Part shown: piece after piece, positions 48,018 to 59,544 of the stretch
Layout: every line of letters starts with the position of its first letter
How positions within the stretch are numbered: the first letter of the stretch is position 1
Assembly (NCBI RefSeq): GCF_000143415.4
Contig: NW_003314294.1
Location: 119,402-183,401, forward strand
DNA: 64,000 nt
Direction: 5' to 3'
From: Selaginella moellendorffii
Taxonomy: Eukaryota; Plantae; Lycopodiophyta
Made by a program: the position numbers and the translations under genes
Notes under the pieces: model-generated
The model's input: only the letters and a program-made list of their open reading frames with translations
Told to the model about the DNA's origin: nothing
Databases searched by the model: none

Positions 48018-50162
48018 TTACGCTCTCTTCTTTTTCATGTTCCGCCACTTGTCCTTGAGATCCTGGCCTGTTCTACTGGGATGAAACTTTCCCATGCCGA
48101 ATTGAAGTATCGTTGTCCACCTGGAGCCGTACTGCTGATAGCCTTTCTGGAAACAGTATCAAACGTTACAAAGAATAAATATCTCATCGTTTTGAATACC
48201 CTGAGTGTTTCTTCTTCCAGTGAGTTCCATACCATCTTCTTGCGACGGACATTAGGAATCGATGCTCTTCCACTGCACGAAGCATGTTAAAGAATAGGAA
48301 ACAAAAGTGAAGCGAAAGCATAGTTTACTTGGAATTCGTCTTTCGTGGATAATCACTGTCGTCATCGTCCTCGTCATCTTCTTCATCCGAGCTGCTGCTT
48401 CTCGCACGGTGTTTCCGTGCGTGAGCTTCATCTTTCGAGCCCGACGGTTCCTCAACTTTGAGTTGAACTTGATGTTCCACCAGGTTCTCCTTTTCCTTGT
48501 CTTCTACTTGCTTAAGTACTTGGTGCGATGCTGTCAAGCTTTCAAGCTTTTCTTTAGCCCGGTCCGCTTCTAACTGTGCCTTGGCAAGCTTTTCCATGGC
48601 TTTCTTGTACACACATTTCGGACAGGACCAGCCTTCTCCTTCACGAATCTGCTCTCTTGCCATGCACTTTGGATGAAGAGCAATCGGGCAGTCGTCACAG
48701 CGGACTAGTTTGCCTCGCAGCTCGCACATGTAGCATTTGTCCGAGTCTTTAGCGCGACTGTCTTCAATGTTCTTCTCTCCTGTCTCTAAACTTTCACGAC
48801 CATTCTTGTCGACTGTTTTCGGGCCCTCAGGATCATCTTCATCCACTGCCTTCGAGCCTTCACGGCCATCCTCGTCTTCTTCACGGCCATTCTCGGCAGG
48901 CCTACTTTTCTCGACCACCTTTGAGCCCTCTCGGTCATCGTCCGAGTCCAAGTTTATAACTTCTACCTCATGCATCCCCTTTCTTTGTTTGAGCTTCGGC
49001 TTAACGTCTGAAAGGGATAGTTCATCGTCGTCCTCCATTAGCATCCTCCTCTTCGACCTGCGTGTGCTGACATTCCCACTGTGAATGATCTTAGGAGCTT
49101 CGAAAGGCTGCTTTTCTGGCGGAGCCGACGGTGTAGCGTGATTCTCTGTCCCCCTTTCCTCCACACTGTTCTTCTCACCTTCGCAACTCCCTTCCTGAAA
49201 TTTTGCGTGCTTTTCTGGCACTGGCGGAGCCGATGGTGCAGCGTGATCCTCTGTCCCATTTTTCTCCACACTATTCTTCTCACCTTCACAACTCACTTCC
49301 TGAAAGTTTACAGGTTGCAGCTCCAAGAGATGATAAAAAGAAAAGACTTACATCGATGCTTCCTCTTCGTGGGGGAGACTTGAATGCCTTGTCCGGGGAT
49401 CCGTCAATCACCACTGTGGTGTCGTCACTCCCGACGGACATATGCCTTGGAGACAAACGTTCCGGTGGTACCCCATCGTTTTGCTCGTTTTCTTCGTCGA
49501 CTGGAGGCATGCCTCTTTGCTGCTCCTGCTTCTCCAACGACCTTGCTACAGGCGGGTAAAGCCCATTCGTATAGTCATCAGCAATCTATGGAGGAAAAAA
49601 AAGATAAGAAAAGGATCCCAAGGTTTGCTAAGAACATCCCAAGGATTCACGAAGCAAAAAAATCACCTTGTCTAGAACAGGAGCTTCCAGGCCTTGCCTT
49701 TTCCTTTGGACGAACCGAAACAACTCGGTCCTGGAATTGGCATCACCAATCTAGGTAGAAACGAGCGTGAGCTTTGGGAGGAAGAACGAAACGAAAAATG
49801 AAGAAACGAAGAAACGAACGAAAAACAAATTAAAAAAAATCACTTGCCAGTTGAAGCATGCCGCTAACATCTTCGTCGGGGGACGCCAGCGCCAAGATCA
49901 GCTCTTCTGCGCCGCAATCTCGATCCAAAATCTCTTCCGAGACGAGCATCTCTTGGAACTGCCGCAGCGCCAGGCCCTTGCACAGCGATGGAATCGCGGC
50001 AGCATTGGGAACGTAGACTGCGAGCTCTAGAATCAAGGAAAAATCCCAGAGTGTGAGCGACGCCAGAAAGAAGATCGCGCAGTGATTACCTCGCAGCGTC
50101 TCGGTGGAGACATCGGGCTGCCGCGCGAGTTTGTCCAGTATCCATTGCCAAGGAAGCGCCAT
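48018..50162 (-). CDS. PHD-finger plus C-terminal telobox Myb (TRF-like) protein, multi-exon
   Basis: N-terminal LPWQWILDKLA; PHD finger CYMC...CDDCPIALHPKC...WSCPKC; spliced Myb WNSLEEETLR-KGYQQYGSRW...RTGQDLKDKWRNM. Confidence 0.88.
49110..49310. repeat. Internal ~105-bp tandem duplication within the PHD-Myb gene
   Basis: Two copies of FQE(V/G)SCEGEKNSVE..GTE.HA.PSAPP. Confidence 0.85.
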
Positions 50163-50200
50163 TTACCCTAAAATTCATTTGCCCAAGTTTTAGGGTTCTT
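50163..50200. promoter_or_regulatory. 38-bp head-to-head spacer with inverted telo-boxes and a GCCCA core
   Basis: ACCCTAAAA (50165-50173) and TTTTAGGGT (50188-50196) flank GCCCA (50181-50185). Confidence 0.6.
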
Positions 50201-51123
50201 ATGGCGGCGATGGCGATGGAGGTGGATGCCGCCCCGGCGCCAGCGGCTGGAGAGCCGGATCTACCTCCAATGAAGGTGAAATTCGAGCCGCTATCAGCTC
50301 ACGAGATGCAGGGAGGGAAGGTCCAGTTTAGAAGAATTGCGGTTCCTTCGCACAGGTACACGCCACTCAAGAAGCACTGGTTAGAGATTTACACGCCCGT
50401 GGTGGAGCAGATGAAAATTGACCTTCGGATGAATCTTAAGGTAAGCGCATTCTTTCCTTTAGGAAGATTTGCTTCATTGCTTGCAAAGATTTTCCTTGGA
50501 ACTTGTTTTGATCGGTCGATAGTTTTTTCTTTCTTTGGCCTTCTTTTCGGTGTTCGAGTGGATTGCTTCTAGTGCTTCATTGCTTGCTTCTTTGCAAACC
50601 ATTTCCATATCGTTCGTGTCCGAGTGGATTGCGGCTTCGATTTTTTACTAGACAAGAAGATGAGATTTGAAAGAACTCTCCGATGTTTTCTCTTTTGCAG
50701 ACTCGCAAAGTGGAACTCAAGACGAAGAGAGACACTCCAGACACAAGTGCCCTCCAAAAGAGCGCCGATTTCATCCATGCTTTCCTTCTGGGCTTCGACA
50801 TCGCCGACGCCATCGCGCTCCTCCGCCTCGACGACTTATACGTGGACTCGTTCGAGGTCAAGGACGTAAAGTCGCTCAAAGGCGACCACCTTTCGCGAGC
50901 AATCGGCAGGCTCTCCGGCAAAGGCGGCAAGACAAAGTTCGCCATCGAGAACTCGACACGAACAAGAATAGTCATCGCCGACTCGAGAATTCACATCCTG
51001 GGAGCGTTTGCCAACATCAGAATCGCCAGAGACGCGCTGTGCAGTCTCATTTTGGGATCCCCGGCAGGCAAAGTCTACTCCCGGCTTAGAACTATAGGGA
51101 ACCGGCTGGCCGAGAGAAGCTAG
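50201..51123 (+). CDS. PNO1: RNA-binding protein PNO1/DIM2 (KH domain, 40S biogenesis), 2 exons
   Basis: VPSHRYTPLKKHWLEIYTPVVEQMK, LKGDHLSRAIGRLSGKGGKTKFAIEN and LILGSPAGKVY. Confidence 0.96.
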
Positions 51124-51334
51124 AACGCACAGCCAGGTCTTACCGAGCTCAAATTCAGGGAAAAAGAAGAGAGAAGCTCTGGTACGTAGCTACCATTTCA
51201 ATGCATGCTTCTTGCGTTTGTTTTCGTGTTCTTTTTTTCTCGTAACGTCTTTTGCTCCTAACACGTACGCTGCATGATCGTGGCTTGAGCTATTTAATCT
51301 CCTTTTCCAGCAAGCTTCTTGCGGCAGATAAACA

Positions 51335-51949
51335 ATGGATCACCGCTACATCACTCTCGCGCTGTTTGCAATCGTCACGCTCTCGAGCAAGGCAGGATCA
51401 TCAACTCTCAGCCATCTCGCAGCAGCGCGTCTCCGCCTCGCCGCCACCACCTCGGACGATCAAACCGCGGGAAACTCCACCGTCAGCGACCAGGACAACG
51501 GCCTCCACGACTGTCGCGAGTTCTACATCCACGACATCCTCAACGGGACCGAGGCCGGGATGGAAGCCAGCGCTTACTTGATCGCCAGGCCGGCCGAGTT
51601 CTTCGCCAATAACTTTGGAGCGATTCTGGTGATGGACGACAAGATCACCATTCACCCCGACTACAACACCACCGAGATTGGAAGAGCTCAAGGGACGTAC
51701 ACGGTTGTGAATCACTACGGCTCTCCCGAGCTGCTCTACGAGTTTGCGGCCGTGTTTAATGGCGGGGAGAAGATCTGCTTCTTCGGACACAGGCCGATCG
51801 ACGAGCCAAGCTCCGAGTTAGCGGCGTTTTCGTGTGGGGGACACGGAAAACTCACGCAAGGCATAACTCTTGCTCGCTTCTCGGCCGTCTACTTCTCTCC
51901 CTCGGGGTTGAACGAGATCATTCGTGTAGTGATGTGTAAATTCATCTGA
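51335..51949 (+). CDS. Secreted dirigent-like protein, intronless
   Basis: Signal peptide, FYIHD, FGAILVMDDKIT and IGRAQGTY dirigent motifs; N-glycosylation sequons. Confidence 0.82.
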   Translation: MDHRYITLALFAIVTLSSKAGSSTLSHLAAARLRLAATTSDDQTAGNSTVSDQDNGLHDCREFYIHDILNGTEAGMEASAYLIARPAEFFANNFGAILVMDDKITIHPDYNTTEIGRAQGTYTVVNHYGSPELLYEFAAVFNGGEKICFFGHRPIDEPSSELAAFSCGGHGKLTQGITLARFSAVYFSPSGLNEIIRVVMCKFI

Positions 51950-52074
51950 TCGAATTAATAATTCTATTAATTAGCTAAATGTGATCGTTTGCTGATGGTA
52001 GCAACTGCCATTTCCCTGTTCTTGGGAGAAAAGCGCGATACACTACACTTAATAAACTCTATTATCCAATTATG

Positions 52075-52258
52075 GCTATATCCGACGTACATCCATCTAA
52101 CGGCCTACGGGGTTTCACATTTGCTATATCCCAGCCGTCCATCTAACGGCCCTCCTTCCTTACGACAACAGCTGTATCCAAGCCGTCCATCTAACGGCCC
52201 TCCTTCCTTACGACAGTAGCTATATCCCAGCCGTCCATCGAACGGCCCTCCTCCCTTC
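52075..52258. repeat. 48-bp tandem repeat (~3 copies plus a degenerate copy) with AACGG cores
   Basis: Unit CTATATCCCAGCCGTCCATCTAACGGCCCTCCTTCCTTACGACAACAG, starting near 52124, 52172 and 52220. Confidence 0.9.
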
Positions 52259-52348
52259 AAATATTTTGAGTGAGTGAGCGGCAATTCACAAGAACGCGTC
52301 GCTCTCCTCTCCATTCCATTGCGCTAGGGTTTCTTGCGACGCGACGCG

Positions 52349-53243
52349 ATGGCGGACGACAATGCGCCAAGGTGAGATTTCTTGTCTAGCGCTGCTCGCA
52401 GGCATCGGCAGCCATGCGGTGATGGATCGATGCGTGTTTTTCTTGATCGAAAAATATTTTGGTGATTCCAGGCGACGACGGAGGGGATCGCAGGCTGGAG
52501 CCGAGCTTCCTGAGCTTCAGGATGAGCATCACCGCAAGTAATTCTCTTTCCTTTCTAGCCTGGACAGTAGAGCGGGATATAGCGATTGTGTTTTTTTGTG
52601 TGTGTGTGTGTGTGTGTGATCGATTGAATTGTCGTGTTTCCAGACGGGGAAGGAAGAGATCGCATGGAGACGAGCTTCGAAACGAGGAGCCTCACGGGAA
52701 CAGGTAAATCTAGTTTCTTTCTCACTTCGAAAGTTTTGATGTGTCTTTCTTTCTTATAGAGGGAATGACCATGACGTACCAATATGCCGACGACGAGCAG
52801 CGACTCATGAGCTTGGGCTGCAAGAGGACGACGCAATCCACCCCATGAGGTAATCTCCCAGTTCTTCCTGCTTGAAATCCTAATCTCCTCCTGTGAAATC
52901 CTGGACCAGAGGACGAAATCCAGTCACGTTTCAAAAGCATCTCACGGCATCGGATGTGGATGTGGACCTGAATCGGTTGGTGATACCAAAACACTCTCGA
53001 CGATTCTTCATGGAGGCGGGAGATGAAGCCATCCTAGGTCGGGGGGGCATTCTCTGCAGGAAGCTCAAAGTGCAGCGTGGAGATCTCCAGTGGAGGTTGG
53101 AGACTCGTTTCCTCTTTCCCGGATCCTTCTACCTCCTTGGCTGGAACAATGTGATAGAAAGCTTGTCCCTTCAGGCTAATCAAACTGTGACGTTCGAGAA
53201 GATCCAGAGGTACCAGTTCACACTCGATGTAGCAGATCACTAG
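52349..53243 (+). CDS. B3-domain DNA-binding protein, 5 exons
   Basis: Four short exons splice in frame to FQKHLTASDVDVDLNRLVIPK...YLLGWNNVIESLSLQANQTVTF, a B3 signature. Confidence 0.8.
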
Positions 53244-53631
53244 GAAGAAATGAAAGAAACAAATCAACATTCGGTTAACTTCCTAGGATAATCTTCCAGT
53301 GCAATGCTCCTCCCTCGCATCCAAGCCGAGAACCTTTGTGTTGACTCAAGGATCGAGACTGGCAGCCTCACATTGTCTTTGTGGCGATTCTCCTGTCTTG
53401 CAGAAAAGGAACAAATCCTGGATGATTTCTGACGATCAAGAAGCTCTCCAGAGAGCAAACGACGCTCCACTGCCTGCTTGAGATCACAGTGATCTTTGTG
53501 GTCAGCATGCATGCGCCAAGAACAGTGCTTTCAAGTAGAAATTATTTCAAGCGATAGTCGCCGTTCATTGCTTATTGACCAGCAACCCGTTGACTTACTG
53601 TAAGTAATACCCTACCCTAACTTTAGGGCCA

Positions 53632-54441
53632 ATGGAGCTTCTTGGCTGGATGCTGTGGGATATCTTCCGCCATTTCGATCTCCAAACTCTTCTTCGTGCC
53701 AGGCTCGTGTGCAAAGAATGGGATTCTCTCATCTCCCACAACTTCTCCAGGTTTTATGGCGATCAGCCAGCAGTCATGGCGTTGTTTACAAGCACTACGG
53801 AGGTATGGTTCCCGTTCTCCAAATCACAGCCTAGCTTGAAATTAAACGTTGGGTACGATCAAATATATCGCTCGTTGCCTGCTGCCTGGGTATCAAATGG
53901 ATTGATAGCCGGATGGTTGTCAAAAAGCCCTTCTGATCTATTCGTATGGAACCCTTTGACCAACCGGCGAAAGATTTTCCCCAACAAAGAGACTCTCGAA
54001 GAAGAGTTTATAGTGGATCCAGTCACACGGAATTACAACCTGTGGGTTTACCAGTATATGGGTGACAATGCCCTTCTTTATGAATCTCAGACGGGAGAAT
54101 GGTCAAAGATCAAGAAAAGATATCCGGGCTGGAACGTTAAGTATATGGTTCATTGTGATTTAAGCAATTTGAGTATCTGGGATGTCGAGTGCAACCCGAT
54201 GAGACGGGTTGCAAATCTACCTTTGCGCAATGAATGGATGACACGTTTTTATGAGGAGAGAAATTATCCCTCCCTTTGTGATAGCAACTTTGTGGGGAAT
54301 ATGGTAATTTGCAGCTTTATGTTCCATGGATTTTACGCAGCATATGACTTGGTTCATGGCATTTGGGACACTTTCCTAACAGTGGAACTAGAGTGTGCTG
54401 ATGGACAAGAAGTTTTTGTGCCAAGCTTGGACAAGCCTTGA
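53632..54441 (+). CDS. F-box protein, intronless
   Basis: N-terminal IFRHFDLQTLLRARLVCKEWDSLI, then SNGLI and LFVWNPLT, typical of plant F-box-associated regions. Confidence 0.82.
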   Translation: MELLGWMLWDIFRHFDLQTLLRARLVCKEWDSLISHNFSRFYGDQPAVMALFTSTTEVWFPFSKSQPSLKLNVGYDQIYRSLPAAWVSNGLIAGWLSKSPSDLFVWNPLTNRRKIFPNKETLEEEFIVDPVTRNYNLWVYQYMGDNALLYESQTGEWSKIKKRYPGWNVKYMVHCDLSNLSIWDVECNPMRRVANLPLRNEWMTRFYEERNYPSLCDSNFVGNMVICSFMFHGFYAAYDLVHGIWDTFLTVELECADGQEVFVPSLDKP

Positions 54442-54617
54442 AGTATTTACATTATGTTTAAATTTACACAAATAAAAACAGATAAGTTTATTTTAAATAA
54501 TTTGATCTTTAGGATATACAATGCTTCCTGATTCTAAACAAACATCCCACGGTTCCTTTTTAACCAAACCTGTAACAAGACACGTAGCGCCAAATATATA
54601 GTAGCTCCTCTCTTGTT

Positions 54618-54780
54618 TCACTTCCCCTCATACAAACCCAGCAGCTTCTCCGCCGGTGTCACCCCGTTATCTCAGCTATGTCGTTGGGAAATCCAGCTTC
54701 CTTATACCCTCATCTTAACAGCCCGTCCCGGAACCCCTTTAGTCAACCATCTTTGAAACCGATTCCAGAGCTTCTTCGTC
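54618..54780 (-). pseudogene. Glutamate-cysteine ligase (GSH1) C-terminal fragment
   Basis: The minus strand gives FRDGL, R*GYKEAGF and GVTPAEKLLGLYEGK*, matching the plant GSH1 C-terminus with stops and frameshifts. Confidence 0.65.
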
Positions 54781-55399
54781 GGCAAGTGAGGCAGCAGCAT
54801 TATCGTTGCTAGTCAACGATATCTTCCGCTCTATTTCCCTACAGCCGTGACCTCCAGGAGGAGTGGATTGATCCTCGCGGCTTTGTTTCCAACCTTTTCT
54901 GAAAAAAAATCCCACAGATTTTTGTTATTTACAGAGAAAGCGTGAGCATGGTAGACAAAGATAATACCTGTTTTGATGAGCTAAGGACACCATTGGTTTG
55001 TGGGAGCTCGGAGTCTTGCTGATGACATTTTGTCCACTGCTGAACTCCATAACTTTTGCAATTGAGGCCGACGACACTAGCAGTTGAGAAACTTCTCAAA
55101 GGCTCTGAAGAACTTTCCATTTCTTCTGCGTTCTTATTCAAAACCCAGAGTGCCTGATTGTAACCAAATCGGATGGGGAGTTCAAGAGATGCGTTTTTTC
55201 CAGACACTTACTGCTGCAAAGATGACGAAGCAGTGGGTCGAACAAGTGCTGAGCTCGTGTGCCCGTATTCCTGGCTCTTTCCTGGAGAGCTTGTCTTCTG
55301 CGCCTATTTGAAAAGCTCGCGCTTCGTCAGTGGAGCATCAGATCCAACTCTTTCCACGCTAATTGTTTTGAACAACGAAAACACAAAACGCAGACATAT

Positions 55400-56500
55400 A
55401 CAAGTCGAAAAGGAACTTAGTTACACTTCTGTACTTGTTTGAAAGTTTTCATTGTTTGAACCTGAACATATGTTTGCCAAAGTTGTACCACCTTGATGAT
55501 GATCAACCCTTTTGATAAAGCATCAAAGTCATCCATATCCTGGTTCCAACCGATTGGCACGTTCTAGTAAATCAACAATGGAGATCACGTGCTCCACACT
55601 TGGAAGTTGGAAGTATTCCATCCCCTCGTCGGCCAAACCAGTTTAGCAGCAGGTGACGAGTCCGGTTTAACTTTTCGAACAGATCAAACACTGAGTCCCT
55701 GTCCCCTTGATGGCTGTACCCTGCGATCAGTGCGCTGCAGGAATCGGGCTTTACTCCCTGGAGGCTCATACTTGGGAAATCTTGCAAGGCGAGCTCGATG
55801 TTGCCACTCTCGTAATCGATCCTGATGTTCCATGAAACGACGTCTTTGATCAAGATCTTGTGAAAAACCCGACATCATCAGCCAAACTCCGTATGTAGAG
55901 GCTAAACAGGTCAGATGAAACACTTTGCGTACAAATCAATGAGACTGTTGGAGACGAAAACGCTGGAAGAAATCCCTGTCCCTGTTGTTCTTGCGAACTG
56001 CGAGTAAATCTCTCCGCCCCTATCCAGCGATCCCAGATTCAAGCATCGAGCACGGCCATCACAGTCCGAGCATTCCATCTTCCAAGAGCATAAGCCCACA
56101 GAGCTCTAATGCTACCTCGTCTTCCCCTCCTAGCAAGCAGGCTCTAGAGGTTTTCCAGGCGGCCAAGTGGGGAAGAAAGGACGTGGTTTTGTGGAGTGCG
56201 ATGATAAGCGCCGCTCTCACGCTGCCACTTCTTCCATAGAAATCCACCAGGGCGCTGGCCACGAAGCCGTCCACCAAGAATCCACCGCTCTGAGGAGCCA
56301 AGCAAGCCCCTCTCCCCTGGAAGAAATATTTCACCCCTTTTCTCTAGCGGCCAGCGAAGAACAGGAGACCTGTGACGAAGCTCCGGCCGTTTGGATCCAT
56401 CCCCTCGGCGTACAAACGCGAGAATGTGGCTGGCCACACCGCGCGTTGATGCAGTTCCACGACGCCACAGTGCCGGCGACGCCTCGTCCATCCTGCCCCA
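55400..56500 (-). pseudogene. PLS-class PPR pseudogene
   Basis: Fragments DGFVASALVDFYGRSGS, VFVSNSLIDLYAKC and KDVVSWN...QGVKPDS, spread across frames. Confidence 0.75.
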
Positions 56501-56679
56501 ATCACTTGATGTTCTTCAGGAGAGCCATCCAGCTGGATTTTGCCGGTGGGTTTAGAGTTTATGGCATGATTTCATATGTGGCATTACTTTCTTCACCGTC
56601 TTGCACACTTCTTGAACCTGGGAGAGCGAGTGCTGGTATCTTTTGCCTGCCTGGTTTAGAGTTTATGGCGGGAGAGTAG

Positions 56680-57910
56680 AGTGAAGCTAAACGTGATAAC
56701 TTGATCGATGGCTGCTGCAAGGCGTCGATGGTGGAGTTTTTCAAGACGATGAGCTCCGGCAGTGGCTGTGTTCCAGACGTGGTGAATTTTAACAGCTTGC
56801 GCAAGGGGCTGTGCTCGACCGAGAGGATGAGCAAGGCTTTCGTGCTCTTTGAGTACATGTCCAAGGCTGGTTGCTAAGCAATAGCACTCTTCTCCACGGG
56901 CTTTGCAAGGCCGGGAGGACAAGATGGTCTTATACTTTCTTTGTTACCGGGCTTTGCAAGGCAAACCGGGTGGCCGAGGCTTTAGCGGGATTCTCTGCAA
57001 GAAAGGTCAGAGATGTTGCTCGTCGAGATGGTGGGGAGATGCTTCGGTCACAAAAGTGTCACTGTGGAGGAAGGCCAGATCACTGTTCGATGCTTTTGAG
57101 CTCTTTGCGTTTCTTATAGAGCTCCATCAACTTTGGTAACAGTCACCCCTGGGTTTATTGATTAATCTTTTGTACTTTTTTCTCCCAGGTTCAAGAAGTG
57201 TTCAAGATGGTGAAGAATTTAATGTTACGAGTAAATTTTTTATTTTATTTTAATCACTTAACCACTCCTTAGACCTCTTTTTCACAACTTCAAGTGTTGA
57301 GTTTTTCAACACTTTGATCCATGTGGTATGCAAGTCCAAGAGGGGTGTGCTGCTGTTCCAGAGAACGAAAAGCATGGAGGACTTTTACTGCCCTCCAAAC
57401 TTGGAAATGTACAACATCCTGGTGGACAGCCACTAGGCAGCTGGATGAGGCTCAGGAGCTCATGAAGGAGATGACCACCTACAGCCTACCTTCAGAGGTG
57501 ACTTGATCGCGCCTGTGACCTGCTGGAAGAGTTGAGCCAGGAGGAGCTTTCCCAGATTCCTTGACAGACATCTCCATCTGCAACGCTCTGAGCACAGCCA
57601 GTGAGTTGACTACGCTCTGAGCCACCTAGAGACAATGAAAGCTACAGGATCGACGCTGGACGTTTGTGGCGAGATGGTCACTGCAAAATGCACACTGGAA
57701 CATACGTCACTGTGTAGGCTGCAATCTTTCAGGAGATGGTGAAGAGTGCTGTCGTCCCAGACAGAGTCTTGTACCATCTTGTATCACTCGCTTAGCTGCT
57801 TAACTCAAGTGACTATGTGATGCACAAGATCACCGTGCAAGGCAAGGAAGGCCAAGGATGCTTGAGATCTCGTGGAGAGGGACGGCTTCCCAGCCAATGC
57901 CCATATCAAT
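56680..57910 (+). pseudogene. P-class PPR pseudogene
   Basis: PDVVNFNSLRKGLC, STLLHGLCKAGR and GLCKANRVAEAL, with frameshifts and an AT-rich interruption. Confidence 0.75.
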
Positions 57911-59544
57911 GTGGTGAGTGACCTATTACATTTTTTATAATATTTAAGTATATTTTAGAGTAATTTTAATTTGGTTTGTAAGGTTTGTAAATAACATATA
58001 TTACCACCTAGCATAATGCATGATATTTAACTTAAATATCACAAAACTTTTAACCAATTAGAAAAAAAAACACTTTTATTCATAAGCATTTTCTTTTTAT
58101 ATTTGAATCCTTATGGAAAATGACATGAATTCCTTTTATATTTAAACCCTTATAAATCATCTTTTGAGTCATTATCTTTATTTATTTATATTAAGCTCAA
58201 AATTTACATTTACAAAAGAGACAATCTTATTTTATAACATCACCCATCACTAGCTAAGAAACATATGTAAAAATTGTCATATTACTGGGTAGACATATGC
58301 ACCAGCATAACGATAGAAGCAAGAGTCTAAGAATGTGAGGGAGACACTGTATGTCCATTGGTCAGCAGGGGGAGCCAGGATAGCCTTGGATGGCTCTTGC
58401 ATGGGATCATGGGTGCATTGCAGGGACTAGCTACATGTCGTCCTCCATAGGACCGCCACCTTTGGAACTCAAATCAATCACGTGCATAAGCTATTATTAA
58501 AAGAGAATATCCAAGCATATTTCAGGACCTCAATTGAACTTTTCTCTTTTAATGCTACTTATCACTAATATAAACCACTCGTTTTGCCATTTTGATCTGC
58601 TCCGCCTCTAGAGCTTGATGGAAGAGAACTTGTTAGCAATGAATGAATCAAGTTGCTATATACCACAATCCCAGTGACAGAGACCAAGATGATTGCCCTG
58701 GTGCCAGCCATCACAGCGACTAGCATCACCACTCCATTGAATCAGGGTTTCATGCGCTCACTGCATTGTCATCGCTGCTGGGCAATTGCTTGTAAGTAGA
58801 GTAACTTCTGTGTGGGGTGACCAAAGGATCAAGATGCCCAAATTTATAGATAATGCTTGATATCTGGCAGAGCCAACTTGTTCAAGACGAGCTCCTACTC
58901 CTTGAGCTCGGCAGCAGCATGATCCTTAAACTCTTCCACCCAGATCTCGCACAGAGCCTGGGATTTTCCAGCACTTGCTCTCACACCTCCACCTCACCCT
59001 ATTGGAAGCGCTCGACTTGATCCTGTCCACTCCATACTCGAGCCCGGAATCAATCTTGCCTCCACCACCCTCCTCAAAGCGTTCCTGCAACAGCAATAGC
59101 CACTGCCACAATGCTCGTCAAGGAACTTGGTAGCTTCCAAGTTAATTGAGTCCGGACCATGAGCAATCCAGCCACCTTGGCAATGAGCTCTTCATCCACA
59201 CCACGAATCTCATGAACCGATTCAGTCACTTGAACGTGTGCTTTGGCAGCATGATCAAACTTACTTTGATTATTACTTCAATCGTTACTTTGATTCCTTG
59301 GTCCGTACTACTCTCTTGCAGAGGCATACTTTCCAAGGAATCAAAGTAATCTTCCAGGATCTTCTTATAAGAAACACATGTCCTGCGCCCCTCTCTTTCA
59401 AGCCTAGTAAATTAACCACACTCCTCATCTCCTCATCTGTGTTAATGCATTCATCACGATGTGCTGATCCATTCCCCACGAAACCCTTTCTGATCACAAA
59501 TTTCTCTTTTGAGCAGATAACTCCTTACAAAACAAAACCACACA

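Noticed and set aside
52075-52258. CRISPR-like appearance of regularly spaced repeats (also 4268-4380 and 16205-16400)
   Set aside because: Plain tandem units with no unique spacers, no cas genes and a eukaryotic context.
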